A stretch of DNA of 34,294 nucleotides from Octopus bimaculoides. Lineage: Eukaryota. Below are positions 13,384 to 24,790 of the stretch, piece after piece (the first letter of the stretch is position 1; each line of letters starts with the position of its first letter). The position numbers and the translations under genes were made by a program. A model generated the notes under the pieces. That model made no database searches. It saw only the letters and a list, made by a program, of their open reading frames with translations, and was not told the origin of the DNA. The stretch lies in contig NC_068993.1 of assembly GCF_001194135.2 (NCBI RefSeq), forward strand, positions 2,809,923-2,844,216. The letters run 5' to 3'.

Positions 13384-13731
13384 GAAGGCATGATGCACTG
13401 GTTAAAGTGTTAGGCTCACAATCATGAGGAAGTTTGGCCAATTCCCAGACCAGGCTGTGTGTTGGATTGCTCCAATTCACTCAACTGTAGAAATGAATTG
13501 TGACATCACTGTTGCCAAGCTGTATCCTCCCCTTTGCTCCTTTGCCATTCCCTTGGATAACATTGATGGCATGGCGATGGGAGATGGGAGACTGGTATGA
13601 ATAGGCAACTGCTGGACTTCCATAAACAACCTTGCCTGGACATGTACCTTGGAAGGTAACTTTCTAGGTGCAATCTCATGGTTATTCATCACCAAAGAAG
13701 GGATGTTCCCTTTACCATTTACATGTATACA
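13384..13731 (+). mobile_element. tRNA-derived SINE, family D-type head with a different long tail
   Basis: Head gaaggcatgatgcactggttaaagtgttaggctcacaatc resembles the head at 23104; shared ttgctcca.tt..ctca box; 3' part diverges. Confidence 0.7.
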
Positions 13732-13739
13732 CACACAGG

Positions 13740-13775
<36 letters not shown>

Positions 13776-14514
13776 ACAAAATTTCTTTCTAATTGTCTCT
13801 GTCTTTGAATTTCTGATGCTGTGAATTTTTCTTATACTCATGGAACTTTATGTAATATGGAGTTGAATCAAACTGTTGTTATGAACATGTAACTCAAAGA
13901 AATGTATTGAGTGCTACTTTCTTCCATTTGTTCACTCATTTGTATGCATGTATGTATGTGTGTGTATATGTATGTGTGCATATGACTGCATCTATATGTA
14001 TATATCTATGTATGTAACCATTTCATTAGACACATTCATTTACTGCATGTGTTCTTATATGAATACAATATTTGTGCTTCTGTTGCATTATATCACGACA
14101 TCTAAGATTAATAATGCATATTAACAAAAAAATTAGCAATTATTTACCAAAAATTTCTTTTCGTTATTCATTAAATTTTTCCAATGTTCAAATTGAAATT
14201 GGTTTTCAGTGCAACTTGGTACTGCAATTAAAACTAAATATAGAATAAAATTACGCCAAGATATTTCTTTTGCCAAAGTATGAATATAGTGAACAATGGA
14301 AGAAATTTCTCCATGCAGCTCCAATATGCTGAAACAATCAATTCTTCACAATTCTGAAAGAATCAATATATAACTTCAGATGTAATATAGTTGCTACTTT
14401 CTCAGAATGTGTTACAATTCTCATCATATAACCGAAGATGTTGGCATCATCATATTTAATCAGCAAAAACTGTGTTGCATTTATTCACCATGATATGAGA
14501 TACCAAGATAAGTG

Positions 14515-14942
14515 CTGACATGGCTCAGTGGCAAGAAGTTTTCTTCCCAACCACATGGTTCCAGTTTCAATCCCACTGTGTAGCACCCTAGACAAGTGTC
14601 TTCTACAATAGCTCTGGGCTGACCAATGCTTTGTGTGTGGATTTATTTTCCAGATGGGAACTAAAGGAAGCTTGTTATGCATATGTATTAAATGTGTGTG
14701 TATATGTTGGTGTCTCTTTGCTCTGGCGTTGTGCAAGAGGTATAAATGAAAGCCAGCATCCTACAAGTAGCCGCCTTTGTTTCCAATCTCTGGTGAAAAC
14801 ATGTCTGGTCATGGGAAAATATTACCTTGCTTGCGAAACAGGTGAGGGTTGGTGACAGGAAGGGCATCCGGTTGTAAAAAAATGACCTCAACAAATTTAA
14901 TCCGATACAGGCAAATATGGAAAAGTGGGAGTTAAAATGATG
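14515..14942 (+). mobile_element. tRNA-derived SINE, family A with GGAAGGGCATCC-type 3' tail
   Basis: Box A TGGCTCAGTGG; body as at 6018; tail gaagggcatccggttgtaaaa...atatggaaaagtgggagttaaaatgatg is related to tails at 22720, 25692 and 31801. Confidence 0.85.
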
Positions 14943-15107
14943 GCAGTATACTAAATCTACACCTTATCCCTTCTGTTAAGAAATTTGGTGCTTTTAGATT
15001 CCTTCTTTGCGCATGTTTTACCTTTACCTGTTCACTTGCAACTCTTCATGCGGAATGTTAAGCATATACGTGTGCGTGTCTGTGTGTGTGTATACATATA
15101 TAGTATA

Positions 15108-15223
15108 GTAATAAATTGTGACTAAGATTTGGTGGAAGATTTTAATTCAGAACTTATGAAAACAAGACATTTGTACTACAGAGCCAGAGGCGGTTTCAGC
15201 TGGATTGGTGTCGAAAGGGTTAA
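15108..15223. mobile_element. One end of a piggyBac-type non-autonomous element
   Basis: Ends ...gtgtcgaaAGGG followed by TTAA (15220-15223), the piggyBac CCCT/AGGG terminus plus TTAA target signature. The other end was not found. Confidence 0.5.
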
Positions 15224-15225
15224 TG

Positions 15226-15440
15226 TCAGCAATAATATACTGACACATTGACAATAATGTCTTGATTTGTCTTCAAACACCACTCTGTCTTACGTTTAGT
15301 TCCTAAAAAGAAGTCATAATTAGAACAAGTACAAAGTGATATTGGCATTAGCAGTCCACAGTGTCTTTTCCATAAATTGCTGCAAGAGTGATAGCTGTTT
15401 TGTGCAATGTTCAGAGATGCTTGCAAAGCCTGAGTAATTC
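15226..15440 (-). mobile_element. Possible highly decayed mariner N-terminal (HTH) remnant
   Basis: Single frame KTAITLAAIYGKDTVDC*CQYHF...V*RQIKTLL is weakly like mariner (C)AVYGEDAVS..TCQ.WF...IKTLI. Confidence 0.3.
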
Positions 15441-16218
15441 TCACAATGGTTAAGAATACTTTTGGGTGTGGTCTGCCCTTTACAACTAAAACTCTAAAGG
15501 ATTAATAAAAGGAATAGCTTTTGCCAAAGCCAAAACCTGTCAATTAGCAAGAGAAGAAATATCAGTCAGGTGTGATGCAGAATGTTCTGTAAAAACAGGC
15601 AAAAGTCTGTTTTAATTTTACAGTAGTGTCAAAGAGATGTTTGCAGTCACAGAAGTTGAGTCAATCATTTACCGATATAATTTTAATTAAGAACATTGAA
15701 GATCAAAAGAATCTCAAGGAATGTTGATTTCTTAACAAAATAGCAGATGTTGAATTTAGAAAATTGGTCACGAGTTGATCGTCTGCTTATAATTGGAAAA
15801 TAAGCTTTTTGTAGGGAATCAACAAATTCTTAATAGACCTAGTATTATTGGAAGAATACGGAGTATAAAGTGAGCAAAATTAAAAAGAGAGTTAGCTAAA
15901 AGAAAATTCAGAAAAGCGATTACTATAGTTTTGTAAATAAATTAATATTAGCTTGGTTCAATGACACATTCTGCTGAAGAATAAAAAAAAAAAAGCAAGT
16001 AAAAAACAACCAGAAATAAATGTGTGATTGAAATGATAAAAGGAAAAGTTTGAAGAAAAAGAAATACTTGGAGCATTATCTAGAGTTTGACAATTGGTAG
16101 GAAATTATTGAAAATAACAGAGATAAAATTTTTAAAAGATAAATCAATAAGACAAAAAAAAACAATTTTTCTTTAACAATTTTTTTGAAAAATTCAGCAG
16201 AAATATACACACACACAC

Positions 16219-16254
<36 letters not shown>

Positions 16255-16591
16255 ATATACATATATATAGGTAAATATATTTATATGTCTTGTGTGTGTG
16301 TGTGTATTATATTATATGTAGCTAACATTCAGCGATTGTTGGAGAATCAGTACAATGTGAAACTAGTAGACAAAAGGTATGAATTTTCAGTTGAAAATAA
16401 AAATTATAACCTACTTCCATCTTTGTGTTGACTTCATTACTCATCTAGATTATAAACATACTCTTGTGTAACACCACTCTATCTCTTTCTCTCTCTCTCT
16501 CTCTCTCTCTTCCTATATATATATATATAGAGAGAGAGAGAGAAATAGATATGTGTATGTATTTGTATACATATATGTATATATATATATA

Positions 16592-16760
16592 TGAGAGAAT
16601 ATACGAAAAAACAACAACAGACGAGGACAGGTGGTGTAAATAACAAAAGGATGTATTAGTATGACGCTCGGGAATACGGAAAGTCTTTGACGTTTCGGGC
16701 TACGCTCTTCAACAGAAAGAATACGGAGACAAGGAGAAAAACACGGAGAAAAAAAATTGG
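16592..16760 (-). mobile_element. Penelope-like element (PLE) terminal / pLTR fragment
   Basis: Contains the hammerhead motif below and ends in (TA)n. A degenerate relative lacking the ribozyme appears at ~19830-19890 (gacagg..gtattagtttaac..gggaa). Confidence 0.65.
16684..16720 (-). ncRNA. Minimal type-I hammerhead ribozyme motif (core variant CUGUUGA)
   Basis: Minus strand reads UCUUU-CUGUUGA-A-GAGC-GUA-GCCC-GAAAC-GUC-AAAGA. Stem I UCUUU/AAAGA, stem II GAGC/GCCC (one mismatch), loopless palindromic stem III (ACGU), GUC cleavage triplet. Predicted cut is between 16689 and 16688. Confidence 0.75.
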
Positions 16761-16768
16761 GAGAATTT

Positions 16769-16840
16769 CCTTTCACATTTTTTGTATTATTTCTTCTTCC
16801 TTTCATTCTAGTGTCAACTCTTCCTCCACTTCTTCTACCT
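16769..16840 (+). repeat. 72-bp direct repeat, copy 1 (copy 2 at 17992-18063)
   Basis: cctttcacattttttgtattatttcttcttcc(t/a)ttcattctagtgtcaactcttcctcc(a/t)cttcttctacct; two mismatches. Confidence 0.95.
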
Positions 16841-16899
16841 TCTCCACTTCTTCTACCTCCTCCTCTTCTTCTATATATATATATATGTGTGTGTGTGTG

Positions 16900-16967
<68 letters not shown>

Positions 16968-17436
16968 TATAGATATATATACATATACACACATATATAT
17001 AACATATTCAAAAGGAAGCAGTATATATAAGGACATATTATTAACAAGATCGTCTACGATATTTTTGGGGATAGTTGAAAAATCTATTAATATTGCATTC
17101 TGATCTCTTTTTAGGTATCATAAACGGTGAAAAATGTGCAAATTCCATTTATAAGATGCAGAATGCTTACACCGTTCTTCTGGAAGATTTGTGACTGCTT
17201 CTACATGATGGAAAGATTCTTGCCTAATTAATTAGCACAAATAATTAAGCATTTTGGAGTTTTTATAATTATTTTAATAGAACGTTGACCTTAACTTTGC
17301 AGGAAAAGTATCATAATACCCAAAGAAAACTGTTGCTACATTAGAATATTTATTTGTTGTTTTCTGTTTACTGTTATAAAGGTATTGTTATTCCAATGAA
17401 CACTTTGTATATATGTTTTACTGCTGGATTTTATAG

Positions 17437-17640
17437 CCTAAAAGAGTTCAAGACTTTCATGCCATCGGACATTCACCTTCAACTATGTCAATCAATTCAC
17501 CCCTAACTTTGGGTGAGACAAGAACATTATTCTTCATGGCAGAAAAACTTTACTGGATAAAAATGAATTATGATGAACCTTTTAATACCAGCATGGGCTT
17601 ATTTGACTCTACTGAGGTAAGTGACCTGTTAGGTCTTTCA
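17437..17640 (+). mobile_element. Penelope-like reverse transcriptase remnant
   Basis: Open frame ...ETRTLFFMAEKLYWIKMNYDEPFNTSMGLFDSTEVSDLLGL resembles the recalled PLE RT motif ARKSLLF....WIKK....FDVTMG.FDGAEVCELVGL. Confidence 0.6.
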
Positions 17641-17774
17641 TCCTATTGTACAACATACACTGATTATTTCTTTCTGCTTATGAAAGGCTTACAAGGTTGA
17701 ATGACCTCTAACCCTCAAAATCATGTACTCTAGAGCTCCTGATATATTCAGATTATTTACTGACAAACGAGGAA

Positions 17775-17870
17775 TAAAAATGTGACTTTCAGTAGGATTC
17801 AAACTCAGAACACAAAACCACGATAATTACCACAAGACATGTATCAGCTCCTCTAATAAGCATCTATTAA
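17775..17870 (-). mobile_element. Degenerate family B SINE head remnant
   Basis: Reverse complement contains gttctgagtttgaatcctactgaaagtcac, as in the family B box B region. Confidence 0.5.
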
Positions 17871-17991
17871 TTGACCATCTTGTACAATTTTAGAATGAAT
17901 GTTTAAAACATTAGGATGCTTTCTGCTTTTCTGGCTTTATTCTTTAAATTCTTTCCATCATTCTTGGTTTGATATTTGGAAGAACCATCAT

Positions 17992-18063
17992 CCTTTCACA
18001 TTTTTTGTATTATTTCTTCTTCCATTCATTCTAGTGTCAACTCTTCCTCCTCTTCTTCTACCT
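17992..18063 (+). repeat. 72-bp direct repeat, copy 2
   Basis: Matches 16769-16840 with two mismatches. Confidence 0.95.
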
Positions 18064-19926
18064 CCCCCTCCTCTACCCCTCTCTTCTTCTCTTCTTCCTT
18101 CTCCCCGATATCTTTTTGTCCTTCAGTAGTTCTCTGCATGTTTTCTTCTCTTTCCTCTAAAATGCATAATTCTCATTTCTGATATTTTTTTTTACATTTT
18201 ATTTCTCTTACATTTCCTCCTCTTTGCAATATCTTCCCCCATCACCATCACTCCCTCATTACCTCTGTCTATCTATCTATCTATCTATCTATCTACCAGT
18301 CTGTCTGTCCACTCTCCCACCTGTCTGTCCATCTGTCAGTCCGTCTGATTGTGCATCTGCCTGTCTGTTTGTTTGTTTATTGGTCTCACTTTCTTTATCT
18401 CTTTATGTATCTGTGTGTGCGTGAGTGCATGTGCGAGCACGTGTGTGTACATATACATATATGTACACACACACGCACACAAATATAGATGTAAATATGT
18501 ATATTCTTTCTCTTATTTCCTCTAACAAATATCTTCCATATTTACTCTCCTCCTCCTTCACATCTCTCTCTCTCTCTCTCTTTACTTTCCTTCATCGCCT
18601 TCCTTCTTTATCTTACTATGTTACTACTCTTTTCTCCTCCTCTTCCCCTCTCCCCCACCCACACCTTTCCGAAGTCGAATCATGAGTCTGCATAAATGCA
18701 ACATCCATTGATAACAACAACAAAAAAAAAATTCAATAAATTCAACAGAATCAAAAATTAAAAACAAAAGCAAAAATACTTCCACAGTTTTGCTGCCTAT
18801 TTTTTTTTTTTTGTTTCATTTTTCTAGAAATATCGATGTTCAATGATATCACATGACTTAAAATTCAAAATCTAGAAAGTTGAACTCAAGTTAAAGATCG
18901 GTAACGAGAGGTGGCGTTTTAGAAAGATTAAAAATACAACATTATTTCCAAGTTGTGTAGAAAAGAAGAAATGGATAAATTTGGAACTCATTACCATCTA
19001 TTATGTTTAATGTCAGATATTTGTTTATGGTGCTATTTCTTCTGTATTCACGGATTTGCTCAAATATTTAGGATGAAGATACAACTGTCCAAATAACGCT
19101 GCATAATTAAACAGAATATTTGAATAACTCATAAATCAAAAAGAATTTAGAGAAGATGAAAACGAAGAAGTCAGAAGTGAAAAGGAAAATATTTTTCAGG
19201 GATAGAAGAGTGTAAAATACATTTTCAATAGACGGAAAGTCAAGTAATGTTTGTGAAGTCATGGGAAGTTTCCAATTTTCTGTATTGAGAAAGAAGAAAA
19301 GAAAGAAGAAGAAAGAAAGAAAGAAAAAGATATCACCTAGTAAAAGGCTTTAATTTTTGAATTAAAGACAGAAGATAAAACTTTAAATGACCTCTGATGA
19401 AGCACAAACAAAAACAGAGACACAACAGTGTGTGCATATGTGCACGTGCATGTGCACATGCATGCATGTGCACATGCATGCATGTGTGTGTGTATACATA
19501 CAAGCATATAAGTTTCTGATAACAGAGATCAGCAATTTTTGGATCAGAGTACAAAATACCTTATGTATCTTTTGTATTTTGAATCCTTGTTGCAAAAACA
19601 AAAATGATTTCTGTCAACAGGAAACCTTTGGTACCAGAGGAGTAACAAAACTTCTATAAAATATATGTAAGTGCATTTCTGATTCTTTGCACTTCTCTAA
19701 TTAACCTGTTTTTTAAAATTATTTTCCTAGTGCTCATCTTACTTTATGCAGGAGACACATCTCTGTTTAATTGATCAGTTATGAATGACAAAACAACAGG
19801 TAATATATATTTACATAGTTGAAAAAATTTACAGAAAACAAAAAACAAAGACAGGTGTATTAGTTTAACAGTTGGGAAGGTGAGGAAGGTGGGAAGGAAC
19901 ACGAGAAAATAAACAGAGAGAGAGAT

Positions 19927-19978
<52 letters not shown>

Positions 19979-20009
19979 CATACATACATATTATATACAT
20001 ATATATATG

Positions 20010-20046
<37 letters not shown>

Positions 20047-21382
20047 TATACTCTTGTTTTGAGTTCTGGTAAACCTGCGTGTGTGTATGTGTGTGTATCA
20101 AAGCTGGCTTTCTCCATCTCGGCTGTTTCAAGCTTCAAATATGATTCAATTACACATTTGCAACAAAAACCATCATCAACTTTACACGTTGAATTAATTT
20201 TCAGTTTCAAGAAACCGATAACAAATGTTTCAACAGTCTAACAATTTGATTAACTAGACGGGACTATCTTTATATAATAACTCCATTATCTGCTCAGCTT
20301 ATGAGACTAAATTCTGTCAAACGCAGACAGACATATGCACAGATTCACACAGACTGTCTTTAATCAGAATTAACACTCAAACGCTGAAGCTTGGCTCCAA
20401 ACCAATTACCTATGACAATCCAGATGTGTACATGGTCAATTGCATTTGACTATCGATAGCTGATTCTATATTAGCTTGGAATTCATGGATCGTGGAACCT
20501 AATGTTGCATGATACCTGATAATTACTAAATTAATTTCCATCTATAAACAGTTCAGACTTTATAAGAGATCTCAACGTGTGTGCTTGCTGAATCAGTAAA
20601 CTTCTAACTTGATAGAGAATCAAAATGTGAGAGACGTGTCTTCACATGGTTGTTTTTACCTGTTAGAAATAGCAGCTAAATGTTCATTACATTTAAGCCC
20701 CTGTTGGCATAAAAATAAGAACGCAGTGTAATGAAGCACTAGAGAATCTTAAACAGACTGGATGGTCTCTACTGGACTGTCTTTTGTTTATAAGTCTGTT
20801 TGATATGGGACTAAATAAAAAACAAAGCAGCAGTAGCAGCAATTGCAAGAACAACAGCAGCAACAACAGTAGCATGGAGCTACATCATCATCAGCAGCAG
20901 CAGCAATTACAGGAAGAATTGCAGCAGCAGCAGCAGCAGTCTTTTATCTTCTTTTTGTCACATGAGGGCTGAAAGTTTTGTGAGGGCCGCATTCTAAGTT
21001 TGGATGCCCTTCCTGTTGTCGACTGATTGAGTTCTTTCATCCGACAGACAGGTGTAACTCTTCTAAAACACACATGACATACGCATCATGAATTTACAAC
21101 AACAATAACAATCTGAATATTGATTAACGAGATTATTAATTAACAGCAATAAACTGAGACCTAATTACAAACACCAAACTCAACCGACTTTTATTGCCCT
21201 CCTCCCACTCTGCCAACTTTCTGGTGAATGATGAGGAGAAGGAGGAGGAGAACACAACATGACAAATCATTGTTGTGATTTAGGAATATTATAGGGATGG
21301 GCATCGCTGTATGATCAAGTGCTTCACATGTTCTAAGGCTTAGTTCTATTGTATGGCATTTTCAGCAAGTAGTTTGACTTTT

Positions 21383-21490
21383 CTGCGATGGACTGGCATC
21401 CCGTCCAGCTGGTAGGGAACACATACGCCATAGAAACTGGGAAACCAGGCCCATGAGCCTGGCTAGGCTTTGAAAGGGCGACGTTTATCG
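21383..21490 (+). mobile_element. SINE family D 3' module (5'-truncated)
   Basis: ctgcgatggactggcatcccgtccag...ccatagaaactgggaaac matches 23255-23320. Confidence 0.75.
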
Positions 21491-21570
21491 TTTTAGTTCG
21501 ACTCTTAATAGATGGGAACAGTATGAAACAAGGATAAGATAAACGATTAAAGAATGGAATGGTTGTGCCA

Positions 21571-21797
21571 GGTGGGGAGTTGGAAGAATTGTTACTGCGA
21601 TGGGCAAAATGTTTAGTGGCATTCAGTGTGTCTTTAAATTTGAGTTCAAATTCTGTTGAGGTTCACTTTGCTTCTATCCTTTTGGGGTCGGTGAAATAAG
21701 TACCCATTGAGTATTTAGGTCGATGTAATCAACTTATCCCCACCCCCACACACACACCTGAAATTGCTGGCCTTGTGTCAAAATTTTAAATCAATAT
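21571..21797 (+). mobile_element. tRNA-derived SINE, family B (diverged)
   Basis: ggtggggagttggaagaa head, GAGTTCAAATTC, gtcgatgtaatcaact, gctggccttgtgtcaaaatttt tail as at 6335. Confidence 0.8.
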
Positions 21798-21814
21798 AAC
21801 CATTGGAACATTGA

Positions 21815-22010
21815 CATCATCATCATCGTCATTGTTACCATCATTGCCATTGTTGTTGTCATCATTGTTCACATCATCATCATCACTGTCATTATCATTA
21901 TCATCTTCATCATCAGAGTCATCACTGTTGGCACTGATGTCATCACCATCATCATTATCGTCATCATCACCACCTTCGTGGTAGTAGTGGTGGCAGTGAG
22001 GGTGGTGGTG
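21815..22010. repeat. Degenerate (CAT)n/(GGT)n low-complexity tract
   Basis: Direct inspection. Confidence 0.85.
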
Positions 22011-22719
22011 AAAAATTGCCTTACGAACTCTAATTAAACTATCATTAACAGAAATAATAAAAATTCAAAAACATAAACCTCATCTCAGGTAAGAAAACTT
22101 TTAATGAAAACCAAAACAGAACAAAACTAAAACAAACAATTCTCAGATTTCAGTTTGAATAAAGAAGGATTTAGTAATTAAAGGAAAAACATTCTGTTGG
22201 ACAAGTGGATTTAAGTGTGTTTGTAAAAGACAGAACAGAATGATGGCATCAGAATGGAAACTAATGAACTAAGGATTCTGCTACTTAACTATTGTGCCTA
22301 ATTATTGAAAGAAACCAAAGATTTGTTCTGGCAGAAAACAATTTAATCTCAACATTGTGAATTGTAAAAATACTTAGGACATATCATTCTACAGTTTATT
22401 TATTTTGTTTCTCATTAATTCCTCACATTTTCTCTCAGATCTTTTCAGTTTTCTGCTGAAAATAAACATAAAAATGGGAACCACAAGAATTCAATATTTT
22501 AATCAAAATGTGGAAATAATGGATTCTCTGTTGGTTTCAGCAAAGGGTTTCCAGTCATTTGATCCATTGAATTATTTGAATAAATCAATGAATATCCTCA
22601 TTGTCAAGGCTGAGGTTCAGTGAGGTCTCAGATATGACCATCAGTCCTCACCACACTGCAGTTGTATATTTCATCAAGGTCCTTCCTACACACAGTGGTG
22701 CACTTTTTGTCCTCTAATA

Positions 22720-22925
22720 CTTGATACTTGGTGACCTTGCTAGTGATGGTACCATATAAAAAAATACCCAGTACACTCTGTAAGGAAGGCCATTTTACTA
22801 TAGAAATCCTGTAGAAGCAGACATTGAAGTTCAACACAGTCTGCCAGCTTTGTTGGATCATTTTGAACCATCCATTCATGCCAGCATGGAAGACAGACAC
22901 TAAATGATGATGATGATGATGATGA
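22720..22925 (+). mobile_element. Retroelement 3' tail module ending in (ATG)n
   Basis: ggtgaccttgctagtg...cagtacactctgtaag...aaccatcc...atgccagcatggaagacagacactaaatgatgatg; homologous to 25692-25810 and 31801-32135. Confidence 0.75.
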
Positions 22926-23103
22926 TGGTGATGGTGTTGGTGATGATGATGATGATGATGAGGAGGAGGAGGAGGAATTGAGCTGACAAAATGTCTTTTG
23001 GTGTTTAGCTTCAGCCCTTTACATTTGCAATTCAAATCCCGACCATGTCAATTCTCTTTCATCATTCTGGGGTGAATTTCATTGAGACAATTAACTCTCA
23101 CGA

Positions 23104-23370
23104 TGAAGGTGCATGGCTGAGTGGTTAGGGTGCTCGGCTCATGACTGTAAGATTATGATTTCAATTCCTGGACTGGGAAATGCACTGCGTTATTGAACAA
23201 AACACTTCATTTCACGTTGCTCCAGTTCTCTCACCTGGCAAAAAGGAGTAATCCTGCAATAGACTGGCATCCCATCCAGTGGGTAAGTATTTATAGACCA
23301 TAGAAACTGGGAAACTAGCCCTTAGGAGTCCACAGGGCTTGAGAAAGACATTTTGACCTTTATCGTTTTT
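23104..23370 (+). mobile_element. tRNA-derived SINE, family D
   Basis: Box A TGGCTGAGTGG, degenerate box B gatttcaattcc, aaaacacttcatttcacgttgctccag body; tail shared with 21383. Confidence 0.85.
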
Positions 23371-23443
23371 AGTATCTCTCACCACCACCACCACCACCAC
23401 CACCACCACCAACACCTCCACTTCATTGCTATACATTTTTCTT

Positions 23444-23860
23444 TTATACAAGAAACCCGGAACCACGTTTTGCTAAGATATGAAAGAGATTTAGCTGCTC
23501 CTTCCAGCAGAGCAAACGACTATGTAGAGATTCTTTTGCCGATTCATTGTTGCTGAGAATTTCTGACCAACTTCCACTCTGCAGACTTGTGTCAAAGAGA
23601 CTGTTAGTTGAAGAATTATTTCGAAGCACTCAAACTCTGGAGATTGCGTCTCCATAAAGAAACTGAAAGTTGTTTGCTAATAACGAGGGTTTATGCTTCT
23701 CCTCCACACTTGAAAAGGCAACATTGAGCTTATAGAGGCCAGATTTCGGTGCTGCATTGATGAGTTGAATGGTTTTGCGAAAGTATTCTCGTTTATATGT
23801 ATTCACTTCGAAATTTCTCTCGGAATAATCTAATTTGTTCTTGGTTGAAAATTTCCCCCT
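23444..23860 (-). pseudogene. Protein-like reading frame with one internal TGA; possible decayed RLE-clade LINE RT thumb region
   Basis: ORFs 23630-23917 and 23444-23629 abut in the same frame. Peptide RKTIQLINAAPKSGLYKLNV...DAISRV*VLRNNSSTNSLF...SLHSRLL has weak resemblance to R2/NeSL-like post-RT sequence. Confidence 0.35.
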
Positions 23861-24296
23861 CTTCTCCTTCTTCTCCTCCTCCACCACCACCACCGCTGCC
23901 ACTGCCACCACCTCCATCTCCTCTTCCTCCTCCTCCTCCTCTTCTTCTATTGCTTTCTTTCTGTATATATTCAGTGTTGCCTGTGGGACTTCTTACCATG
24001 CTGCATGTTAGGATTAAAGTTATGGATAAGAAGACGTACAGTGGCTGTTTGCGATAAGTCTATTGTATATAGAAAGACCTTCGTTCAGTAAATGAAGTGT
24101 CTAGTTCAAAAATATGATATCGTTCTTTCTCCCAGTGAAGTTGTATTTCTATTTTGTTGATGTGAAGAGGGATTCCTTAACCAAACTTCTAAAAAAGAAA
24201 GGAAAAAAAAAGCTGATTTCAAATTAAGGAATGTTACATTTGATAGTGGGATAATGGTATTTTGAATAGACTACAAACAACCTGCATCTTTGCATT

Positions 24297-24790
24297 GGCA
24301 TTATCCCTGCTGATATCGAGCAGAAATTGGCCACTTGAATCTAGATGACAAAGGCTAATAGTAATGAATGCCACCTCTTCCACAGACCTCAACTGCCAAT
24401 CCAGTGACTGAAGTGAAGAAAAAGCTTTGTTATACATGTTGAGTTCTTAACAGTATCTTGGAAAGAAACCAAACTGCAGTTCCGAGAAGAAAAGTTTGAG
24501 ACTGAACTTCTTGACAAGAGAATTCCCTCTGCTGAAGACTTTTAGCTTGGTTCAGAAGCACCATGGATTCAGTGGATGACACCCGACCACAAGAGGTTGA
24601 GAATGGCACAATCAAAAGTTCATTTGATAAGACAGGGCTATAAGACTGATCCAACTATTTGTGAACGTGGAAAAGCAGGCCGTTCTGTAGAGCAATGCCT
24701 TGTCTCTCCTCAACTACCCAACCCCTGCAGTTCGACAAACTTTGCAGGGTTCAATAAAAATACAAAAGCTGTGCAAAGAAATGGAAGACT
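24297..24790 (+). mobile_element. Decayed LINE ORF C-terminus (Ingi/Vingi-like; clade tentative)
   Basis: One frame with five stops: GIIPADIEQKLAT*I*MTKA...IQ*LK*RKSF...F*LGSEAPWIQWMTPDHKRLR...GYKTDPTICERGK...EQCLVSPQLPNPC. Matches the recalled GIAPPDIRR / RLKSRKSF / W.TLNRLRTG..WGY...C.CG..QT..H..C pattern. Confidence 0.7.

Noticed and set aside
17115-17194. Possible terminal exon (G)IINGEKCANSIYKMQNAYTVLLEDL*
   Set aside because: Good acceptor but only 26 codons and unrecognised; unsupported without transcripts.
18870-19290. Complex AT-rich stretch with a KYLG motif suggesting RT
   Set aside because: A single short motif amid many stops is insufficient.
19390-19420. CTGATGAAG hammerhead-like start
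   Set aside because: No stem II, GAAA or stem I partner.
20410-20515. AG/GT-bounded minus segment YHATLGSTIHEFQANIESAIDSQMQLTMYTSGLS*
   Set aside because: Weak acceptor, ends in a stop at the donor, no homology recognised.
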